Below, piece by piece: positions 16,627 through 24,241 of a stretch of 64,000 bases of DNA (position 1 is its first letter; every line of letters starts with the position of its first letter). A program made the position numbers and the translations under genes. The notes beneath the pieces were generated by a model. The model was given only the letters and a program-made list of their open reading frames with translations. It made no database searches and was not told where the DNA came from. The stretch spans positions 4,647-68,646 of the forward strand of contig DASSFZ010000212.1 in assembly GCA_035693785.1 (NCBI GenBank), written 5' to 3'. The stretch comes from Anaerolineae bacterium (GTDB lineage: Bacteria; Chloroflexota; Anaerolineae; Fen-1058).

Positions 16627-17417
16627 CACGCTTCCTTCACCGGCTCCGGCAGGCGAATGCCCAGGATGTTGAAGCCGCCGTCGACATACACCACTTCGCC
16701 GGTCACGGCGCCGGACAGATCGCTGCACAGCCACACGGCCGTCTTGCCCACGTCCTCGATGGTGACGCGCCGCCGCAGCGGGGCGATGTCCTCGAAAGTG
16801 CGAAACAGCGTCTTGAAACCGGTCACGCCGGCCGAAGCCAGCGTGCGAATCGGCCCGGGGCTGATGGCGTTGACGCGTATATGGCGCGGCCCCAAGTCGC
16901 AGGCCAGATAGCGCACGCTCGCTTCGAGCGCGGCCTTGGCCACACCCATCACGTTGTAGTGCGGCATCACTTGCCGGCTGCCGTGGAAGGTGAGGGTGAG
17001 GACGCTGCCGCCCGGGTTCATCAACGGCGCGGCGGCCCGCACCAGAGCCGTGAGCGAATAGGCGCTGATGTCGAGCGCCAAGTGAAAACCCTCGCGCGAG
17101 GTGTCGAGGTACGGCCGGTTGAGATCGTCGCGATTGGCGAAGGCGACGCTATGCACCAGGAAGTCCAGCGTCCCGAACGCCTGACGCGCTTTCTCAAACA
17201 GCGTCGCGATGTCCGCGTCGCGCGTCACGTCGCACGGCTCGACGAACTCGGCCCGCAGGCTGCGCGCCAGCGGCCGCACGCGTCGCTCCAGCGCGGGCAC
17301 GGCGTAACTGAAGCCGAGTGTCGCGCCCTCCGCGTGCAGAGCCTGGGCGATGCCCCAGGCAATGCTGTGATCGTTTGCCACGCCGAAGATCAGGCCTTGC
17401 TTGCCGCTGAGTAACAC
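16626..17417 (-). CDS. fabI: Enoyl-ACP reductase
   Basis: [36 protein letters not shown] and [18 protein letters not shown] are typical FabI motifs. GTG start with GAGGAGG upstream. Confidence 0.88.
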   Translation of the reverse strand: MLLSGKQGLIFGVANDHSIAWGIAQALHAEGATLGFSYAVPALERRVRPLARSLRAEFVEPCDVTRDADIATLFEKARQAFGTLDFLVHSVAFANRDDLNRPYLDTSREGFHLALDISAYSLTALVRAAAPLMNPGGSVLTLTFHGSRQVMPHYNVMGVAKAALEASVRYLACDLGPRHIRVNAISPGPIRTLASAGVTGFKTLFRTFEDIAPLRRRVTIEDVGKTAVWLCSDLSGAVTGEVVYVDGGFNILGIRLPEPVKEA

Positions 17418-17563
17418 AGCGCCTCCTCGCTCTCACAGTGCATCCGACATGTCATTCTGAGGCACGAAGCGCCGAAGAATCTCTGTTTTCGCGGCCCGAC
17501 ATGAGACACTTCGCTCGCTGCGCCCGCCCAGAGTGACGGCTGCACGGAGTCTTAAGACACACT

Positions 17564-18805
17564 CTAAATCGCCGCGCGTTGCAGGATCAGGCACGCGTTT
17601 TGCCCGCCGAAGCCTGCCGAGTTGGAGAGCGCCACATCTACCCGGGCCTGACGCGCTGTGTTCGGTACGTAATCCAGGTCGCACTCCGGATCCGGATACT
17701 CGTAGTTGATCGTGGGCGGCAGCACGCCGTCGCAGATCGCTTTCACGCAGATCATCGCCTCCACCGCGCCGGCAGCGGCAATCAGGTGGCCTGTCATCGA
17801 CTTGGTCGAGCTGACCGGCACTCGCTGGGCATGCTCGCCGAACACCGACTTGATGGCGCGCGTCTCGATCGCGTCGTTGAGCGACGTCGAGGTGCCGTGC
17901 GCGTTAATGTAGTCCACGTCCTGCGGCGAGAGCCGGGCCTTGCGCAGCGCGAGATGCATAGCCCGCGCCAGGCCCTCGCCGTCCTCCGGAGGCGCGGTGA
18001 TGTGGTAAGCGTCGGCCGTCGCCGCATAGCCCACCAGCTCGGCGTATATGCGTGCGCCGCGCGCCTGCGCGTGCTCAAGCTCTTCCAGGATCACCACGCC
18101 CGCTCCCTCGGCCAGCACGAAGCCGTCGCGCCAGGCATCGAACGGGCGGCTGGCGCGCGTCGGCTCGGCGTTGCGCCGTGAGAGCGCGCGCATGGCGCTG
18201 AATCCGGCAACGGTCAGCGGCCCGACCGAGGCTTCCGTCCCGCCCGCGATCATCACGTCGGCGTCGTCGCGCCGGATGATCTCCGCTGCCTCGCCGATGG
18301 CGTGTGCGCCGGTGCTGCACGCCGACATGACGCAGAAATTCGGTCCCTTCACGCCCAGCGCCATGGCGATCTGGCTGGAAGCCATGCTGCTGATCCACAT
18401 CGGCACCAGCAACGGGTGGATGCGCTTGGGACCGTGTTCGAGCATCACGCGGAATTGCTCGAAGAGCGTGGTCGTGCCGCCTTTGCCGCTGCCGATAATC
18501 ACGCCGGTTCGCTCAGCGAGGCCGTTGTCGAAGCACAGACCCGTCTCCTGCACGGCTTGAAACGCGGCGGCCATCGCGTATTGCACAAACGGATCGAGTC
18601 GCCGCGCCTGCTTCGCGCCCAGAATGGACGCCGGGTCGAAGTCCTTGATTTCGGCCCCGATGTGGACGTCCCACTCCGAAGTGTCGAACTTCGTGATGAG
18701 GCCGACACCGGATTGCCCCGCGCACAGGGCTGACCACAGCGACGGAACGTCGGGCCCCAACGACGTCAACGCTCCCATACCGGTGATGACCACACGTCGA
18801 GTCAT
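17564..18805 (-). CDS. Beta-ketoacyl-ACP synthase II-like (full triad)
   Basis: MSACSTGAHAIGEA, NAHGTSTSLND, MTGHLIAAAG. Confidence 0.92.
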   Translation of the reverse strand: MTRRVVITGMGALTSLGPDVPSLWSALCAGQSGVGLITKFDTSEWDVHIGAEIKDFDPASILGAKQARRLDPFVQYAMAAAFQAVQETGLCFDNGLAERTGVIIGSGKGGTTTLFEQFRVMLEHGPKRIHPLLVPMWISSMASSQIAMALGVKGPNFCVMSACSTGAHAIGEAAEIIRRDDADVMIAGGTEASVGPLTVAGFSAMRALSRRNAEPTRASRPFDAWRDGFVLAEGAGVVILEELEHAQARGARIYAELVGYAATADAYHITAPPEDGEGLARAMHLALRKARLSPQDVDYINAHGTSTSLNDAIETRAIKSVFGEHAQRVPVSSTKSMTGHLIAAAGAVEAMICVKAICDGVLPPTINYEYPDPECDLDYVPNTARQARVDVALSNSAGFGGQNACLILQRAAI

Positions 18806-18834
18806 GTCATCTCACCTTCTTTCTCAAACGCAAC

Positions 18835-20097
18835 TCAAGCCGGCGCGGCGCCGTGCCCGTTGCGCCACTTGCCGAAGATTAGGCTCGCGTTGTGCCCACC
18901 GAATCCGGCCGAGTTGGACAGCGCTACGTCGACGCGGCGCACCAGGGGCTGGTTGGGCACGTAGTTCAAGTCGCAAGCCGGGTCCCGATACTCGTAGTTG
19001 ATCGTCGGCGGAATTATGCCGTCGTTGATGGCGCGCAGGCAGAAGATGGCCTCCACCGCGCCGGATGCGCCCAGTAGATGACCGGTCATCGACTTGGTCG
19101 AGCTGACCGGCAGGTCGTAAGCGTACTCACCGAAGACGCCCTTGAGCGCCAGCGTCTCGACGCGATCGTTGAGCGGCGTCGACGTGCCATGCGCGTTGAC
19201 GTAATGGACGTCTTCGGGCGCCAGGCCGGCCTTGTTCAGCGCAATGCGGATGGCGCGCACCAAACCGTCGCCACCCTCCACCGGAGCGGTGATGTGATGC
19301 GCGTCGGCCGTCGCGCCGTAACCCAGCAGCTCGCCGTAGATGCGCGCGCCGCGTCGCTGCGCGTGCTCGGCCGACTCGAGCACGAGCACGCCGGACCCTT
19401 CGCCGATGACGAACCCGTCGCGTTGGGCGTCGAACGGCCGGCTGGCATGCACCGGGTCATCGTTGCGACGCGAGAGCGCGCGCATGGCCGTGAAGCCGGC
19501 CACGCAAATGGGGTGGAGCGAGGCATCGCTGCCGCCTGCAATCATCACATCGGCGTCGCCGCGCCGGATGACCTCGGCGGCCTCGCCGATCGAATGTGCG
19601 CTGGTGCAGCACGCCGAGACAATGGCGAAGTTGGGTCCCTTGGCGCCCACCCGCATGGCAACGTGAGCCGACGCCATATCGCAAATCATCATCGGGATCA
19701 GGAAGGGACTGACCCGTTCCGGCCCGTAACGATCGAGCGTCCGCAGCTCGTCGCACAGGGTGATGGTGCCGCCTTTGCCCGAACCGATCAGCACGCCGAC
19801 CCGCTCGGCGTCGACCTCGTCCATCTTCAGCCCGGCGTCGGCAACGGCGCGGTCGGCTGCGTACAGCGCGTATTGCACAAATCGATCGAGTCGCCGGGCC
19901 TCCTTGCGGCTGCAACAGACGGCTGCATCGAAGTCGCGTACCTCGGCGGCGATCTGGCTGTCGAAAGGCGTGGGATCGAACGATTGAATGCGCCGCACGC
20001 CGGAGCGACCTTCGAGCAGCGCCGTCCACACTTCGTCCACTTCATGCCCCAGCGAGATCAAAATACCCATGCCGGTGACAACCATGCGTCGGCTCAT
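18835..20097 (-). CDS. Beta-ketoacyl-ACP synthase II-like (full triad)
   Basis: VSACCTSAHSIGEA, NAHGTSTPLND, MTGHLLGASG. Start moved to ATG 20097 (GGAGAT upstream). Confidence 0.92.
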   Translation of the reverse strand: MSRRMVVTGMGILISLGHEVDEVWTALLEGRSGVRRIQSFDPTPFDSQIAAEVRDFDAAVCCSRKEARRLDRFVQYALYAADRAVADAGLKMDEVDAERVGVLIGSGKGGTITLCDELRTLDRYGPERVSPFLIPMMICDMASAHVAMRVGAKGPNFAIVSACCTSAHSIGEAAEVIRRGDADVMIAGGSDASLHPICVAGFTAMRALSRRNDDPVHASRPFDAQRDGFVIGEGSGVLVLESAEHAQRRGARIYGELLGYGATADAHHITAPVEGGDGLVRAIRIALNKAGLAPEDVHYVNAHGTSTPLNDRVETLALKGVFGEYAYDLPVSSTKSMTGHLLGASGAVEAIFCLRAINDGIIPPTINYEYRDPACDLNYVPNQPLVRRVDVALSNSAGFGGHNASLIFGKWRNGHGAAPA

Positions 20098-20126
20098 ACG
20101 CCCGATCTCCAATCAGGTCGGCCAGG

Positions 20127-20558
20127 TCAACGTGCGGATTCGTCGCGGGGCATGCTCAAGACGACTTCACCTTCGGCCACCAGGTCGTCGCCGGCCTTCA
20201 CCTGGCCGCGCACGCAGACAAACCCACGTCGCCCAGCAGCGACTTCGACTTCGAGTGTCAAGGCGTCTCCCGGCCCAGCCGGGCGAACGATGTGAAAGTT
20301 CTCGATGCTCGCCAGGTAGCCGGCGCGCCCGGCGGCATCCGTTCCCAGCGACGCAGTCAGCCGACCCGCCTGGGCAATCGCTTCGATCAGCCACACACCG
20401 GACCAGTCAGGCGCGCTCGTCGCCAGCGGCTCGCCGATGCTAATCACATTGCGGGCCACGCCGCGCCGGCCCGGCTCAATCGCGAGCACGCCGTCGACGC
20501 GCAGCATCGGCGGTCGGTGCGGCAGGACGGCCAGCACGTCGGCGCTATACAGGTTCAA
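20127..20558 (-). CDS. FabZ/FabA-like hotdog-fold protein lacking the catalytic His motif
   Basis: VLPHRPPMLRVDGV and WLIEAIAQAG are retained. The GHFP segment is replaced by ATSAPDWSG. Confidence 0.75.
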   Translation of the reverse strand: MNLYSADVLAVLPHRPPMLRVDGVLAIEPGRRGVARNVISIGEPLATSAPDWSGVWLIEAIAQAGRLTASLGTDAAGRAGYLASIENFHIVRPAGPGDALTLEVEVAAGRRGFVCVRGQVKAGDDLVAEGEVVLSMPRDESAR

Positions 20559-22302
20559 CGGTTGCTCCGCATGTGCACCACGACCGCAGATAAGTCTGGA
20601 GCGCCTCCACGTAGCGCTGAAAGTCGCTCAAGGCCTCTGGCGATCCGGCCGTGTGCGCGCCATTGAGCGTTGGGCCAGGATCCGCGCCGAGACCGATGAG
20701 CAGCCGGCGCAGCGCCGCGTTGTCCAGCCGGAGGGCCACGTCGGCCCCATCCGCCTGCGCCGAAAACGCCTGGACCTCGCCCTGCACAATGGCCAGGCTT
20801 CCAGAACCGATGTCTGTGTCCATCCGAACCGTCGTCGAGTACGCAGGGAACTGCTGCGCCAGGTGTGCATTGACCAGCGGCTTGAGCACGGCGATGAGCT
20901 CCGACCATTCAGCCAAGGTGGCAGGGACGCAGTAGTGGTGCAGCAGCGTCGGCCAGGCGCTCTTGAGCAGGCCTTCGCGCACCACGTCGCGCGCAGTCTT
21001 GATACCCGCCGGATTGAACACCTGGATGAGTTTAGCCAGATGAGGGTTCTCGGCGCGCAGACGGGTCCACATGCGAGGCAGCGCGAACTCCTGGCGCAAG
21101 TAGTACGCCTTGTACAATTCGCGGAGCGTCGCGTAGGCCGATTCGGGCGACACGTCTTCACCACACACCCGGTGATGCGGGTTGTAATCTTCCCAATCGT
21201 GCGCGAGCAGCAGCCCTTTGCGCCGGCACTCGTCGTATAACGGCGTGCCTGGGTACGGTGTGGCGAACCCGATCTGTGCGAATTCGAGATCGAGCTCGCG
21301 CGCGAATTCGATCATCGACCAGCGTTGGGCGCGATCCGGCTGAAGCCCGTCGATCAGCAGCGTCGCCCACAGTGCAACATCGCACTCGTGCAACGCCTGG
21401 ACGGCCTGGCGTAGGTTGTCGCGGCGAGATGCGTCGGCCACGTCGCACGGCTGCACCGTCAGCAACTGTACGACGAAGCCCGCTTCGCGCATCTTGGCGA
21501 CGATCTCTGGCTGTTGTCGGATCGCCAGGACATCGGCATGACACCACATCCAGGGGCGCACTTGGCGCTGGATGAGCTCCTCGCAGATATGGCGCACACG
21601 GCCGATGTCGGCCATGAAGTGATCGTCGAGCACCATGATCAGCTCGGCACCCCGGCTCACCAGGTCGGCGATCTCGCCGACGACGCTAGCGGCCGAGCGC
21701 GCCCGCCAGCCGCTCGTCGGGCTGCCCCGGCTGCTCTCGATAGCGTCCAGCCGCTTGCCGAAGGCCGTGTACCGGGCGCGGTCGCAGATTCGGGCCGGCA
21801 GGTGCGCGTCGAGATCGGGCAGCGGGGACGCAGCAGGCGTACTGACAACCGCTCCGTCGTCCCGATAGCACAATCCGGCCACCTGGCGGGGATCCGCGCC
21901 CGATACCAGCTGGCGGAATGCGATTTCGCCCTCACCCTGGACGACGAAGTCCACGCATCCGGACGCGATGATCTCCGGCGCGACGGCGGTTGTCGCAGCG
22001 CCACCCATGGCGATCGGCGCCGACAGCCCGGCCTGCTTGAGCTGGCGTGATAGGGCCACCGCGGTTGCCACCCAGGGGAGCGCCAGCGCGGTCAGGCCCA
22101 CCCAGTCCGGCTGAAAGGCTTCCGCCTCTCCAACCACGTCGCTCGCATCCAAGCCATCCGCTTCAGCATCCAGAATTCTGACCTCGGCCTCCGGTGGCGG
22201 GCTGGCAGCCAGGTACTCCAGCGCCAGCGGTGGAAGGCGGGCGGCATCCGGATTCCACAGACTATGTGCCGGTCGCGGCGGATTGATCAGAAGGACTCTC
22301 AT
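20545..22302 (-). CDS. B12-binding-domain radical-SAM-like protein without the CxxxCxxC cluster motif
   Basis: N-terminal MRVLLINPPRPAHSLWNPDAARLPPLALEYLAAS is B12-domain-like. Where class B rSAMs have SRGCPxxCxFC, this protein reads ESSRGSPTSGWRARSAASVVGEI. Confidence 0.75.
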   Translation of the reverse strand: MRVLLINPPRPAHSLWNPDAARLPPLALEYLAASPPPEAEVRILDAEADGLDASDVVGEAEAFQPDWVGLTALALPWVATAVALSRQLKQAGLSAPIAMGGAATTAVAPEIIASGCVDFVVQGEGEIAFRQLVSGADPRQVAGLCYRDDGAVVSTPAASPLPDLDAHLPARICDRARYTAFGKRLDAIESSRGSPTSGWRARSAASVVGEIADLVSRGAELIMVLDDHFMADIGRVRHICEELIQRQVRPWMWCHADVLAIRQQPEIVAKMREAGFVVQLLTVQPCDVADASRRDNLRQAVQALHECDVALWATLLIDGLQPDRAQRWSMIEFARELDLEFAQIGFATPYPGTPLYDECRRKGLLLAHDWEDYNPHHRVCGEDVSPESAYATLRELYKAYYLRQEFALPRMWTRLRAENPHLAKLIQVFNPAGIKTARDVVREGLLKSAWPTLLHHYCVPATLAEWSELIAVLKPLVNAHLAQQFPAYSTTVRMDTDIGSGSLAIVQGEVQAFSAQADGADVALRLDNAALRRLLIGLGADPGPTLNGAHTAGSPEALSDFQRYVEALQTYLRSWCTCGATVEPV

Positions 22303-22349
22303 CGCTGGGCCTACCCGTCCGAAGTATCAGGGCGTCGCACGGCGAGTCA

Positions 22350-23846
22350 TTAGGCGCGGGCCAGCGCATTCCGGCGCTGCATGTCCTTTTCACGATGAAA
22401 GATGTTGTAGTTGCAGAACGGCATCATGCGCCCGTCGGTCGTGAGGACGTGATAGCAGCATTTCATCGCCCGGCTCTGGTCGTAGGTGCTGGGATCCATG
22501 AAGCCGTGGACGCCGATCATCTTGCCCATGCCGACCAGCGTCTTGTCTTTGGCGTAAGCCGCCGCGCAGCAGCTGAGCGCCCGTCCCACTTTCTCGGACT
22601 CCATCACCGCCGAGGCTGACCATAGCGTCTCCAGGTTCGATTGCAGATCGCGCATCCACTGCTCGCTGTTGAACAGCAGCCGGTTTTGCAGGTAGTTCAG
22701 CATCTTGTCGGCCTGGGTGATGCGGGCCAGCGAGACCCAATCGTTCGGCCCGGCCTTCAGGAAGTAGCCCACCGCCGAGCAGGAGGGGTGCGAGCACGGG
22801 ATGGATACAAAATCCTCCTTGGTCATCAAGCCGTCCATCTGAGCCTCGAGCAGGTTCAGGATCGTCGTCAGTGTGATGTGACGCTGCATGTCGTGCGGCA
22901 GATGGTTGGAGAGCGCGTCGCCACAATAGATCAGCGGCTGCAGCGTCAGCGAGTGGATGAAGTCGTTCTCCAACACCAGCCGAATCGTCTCGCCGACGGC
23001 ATCCTCGTTGAGGTCTTGCGCGATGGTGGTGATCAGCAGCGTCTTGACGTTGTACTTAGCCAGATGGTCGAAGGCCAAGCGCTTCATCTTGCTGAGATCG
23101 GCGCCGCGCAGCCGCCTGTAAGTCTCCGCTTTGAACCCATCGAACTGCAACTGGATGTAGGCCCCGGTCTCGGCGATGCGGCGGACGAACTCTTCGTCGC
23201 GGGCGAGGCGCAGGCCGTGCGTGTTGACGGCCACCTTGGTGGCGACGGGATGGTTGATCGCAATGTCCAGCAGCTCGAAGAATTGCGGATGCACGGTCGG
23301 CTCGCCGCCGGTCAGGCACACGATCTCCGCGCGGCCCTCGGCCTGCGCCAGACGATCGAGCATGAAGGTCATTTGCTCCGGCGACAGATACCAGGCATGC
23401 TGATTCCGGGCGAAGCAGATCGGGCAATGCAGATCGCAGTGATCGGTAATCTCGATCAGAGGATAGCAGGTGTGCTGCTGGTGATCGTCGCACAGGCCGC
23501 AGTCCTCGGGACACTGCGTTTTGCGCTGTGTGGCGTGCCACAGCGGAATGGTGCCAGGCTTGGTCCGGCTGAGCGCGTGCAGCCACCAGTCTGCGTCGGC
23601 AGCCATGAGCGCCTCGAAGTGACCGTGCTCCGGGCAAAACTTGCGCATGAACACCTGGCCGTCGCGGAAGAGGATCTGCGCGTTGATCAGCGCCAGGCAC
23701 TCCGGACACGTGCTACGCGTGATGCCGAAGAAGATGTGGTCCTGATCCTGTCTGGTATTCGCTCGCTCGATTGCCGCTTGAACCGGGTCATGGACTTGAG
23801 CGCCTAGCGGGACAACCGGCGCGTCGACGGGGACGGTCGTACTCAT
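22350..23846 (-). CDS. Radical SAM enzyme with N-terminal zinc-ribbon/rubredoxin-like motif (COG1964, MJ0619/Tes-like architecture)
   Basis: TRSTCPECLALINAQILFRDGQVFMRKFCPEHGHF, followed by ITDHCDLHCPICFA (CxxxCxxC). Start moved to ATG 23846 (AGGAGG upstream). Confidence 0.8.
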   Translation of the reverse strand: MSTTVPVDAPVVPLGAQVHDPVQAAIERANTRQDQDHIFFGITRSTCPECLALINAQILFRDGQVFMRKFCPEHGHFEALMAADADWWLHALSRTKPGTIPLWHATQRKTQCPEDCGLCDDHQQHTCYPLIEITDHCDLHCPICFARNQHAWYLSPEQMTFMLDRLAQAEGRAEIVCLTGGEPTVHPQFFELLDIAINHPVATKVAVNTHGLRLARDEEFVRRIAETGAYIQLQFDGFKAETYRRLRGADLSKMKRLAFDHLAKYNVKTLLITTIAQDLNEDAVGETIRLVLENDFIHSLTLQPLIYCGDALSNHLPHDMQRHITLTTILNLLEAQMDGLMTKEDFVSIPCSHPSCSAVGYFLKAGPNDWVSLARITQADKMLNYLQNRLLFNSEQWMRDLQSNLETLWSASAVMESEKVGRALSCCAAAYAKDKTLVGMGKMIGVHGFMDPSTYDQSRAMKCCYHVLTTDGRMMPFCNYNIFHREKDMQRRNALARA

Positions 23847-24068
23847 GGTTCCTCCTGTTTGGCACAGCGAGTTCCTGGCAACTGCAGGTGAACTGCGCGA
23901 TTCCGCCGGAACGGGAATAGCTATCGAACTCGGATCGAAACGGCGGGTCACACCCTTGCCGGCGAGTAGAGTTCAGCCATCTTCGTGTTATTAGCGGAAT
24001 GGCAACGACGACTCGGAGCTGTCTTTGAAGAGAGTATGCGATGCGGCGCAGGCAAGCAACAGCGGAAA

Positions 24069-24135
24069 GTCGAGTTTGAACCTCGACCGGAGTTTAGATC
24101 GCTACAGCCTAGTTTTAGATTGCAGTCGAGGTCGA
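24069..24135. promoter_or_regulatory. Cluster of short direct and inverted repeats in the divergent intergenic region (rSAM operon <-> hlyD-like gene)
   Basis: GTCGAG-tttgaac-CTCGAC (24069-24087). AGTTTAGAT (24091-24099) and AGTTTTAGAT (24111-24120). GTCGAGGTCGA (24125-24135). CCTCGAC...GTCGAGG brackets the two AGTTT(T)AGAT copies. Confidence 0.3.
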
Positions 24136-24241
24136 AACTCACCTGGGCGCGGTTGTGTCCGCCTGTGCGGTTTGGGTACGATGAGCACGAGAGGTTTTCG
24201 GGAGTGCCGAAGCGGACAGGCTGTACCCTGGAGAAAAACTG

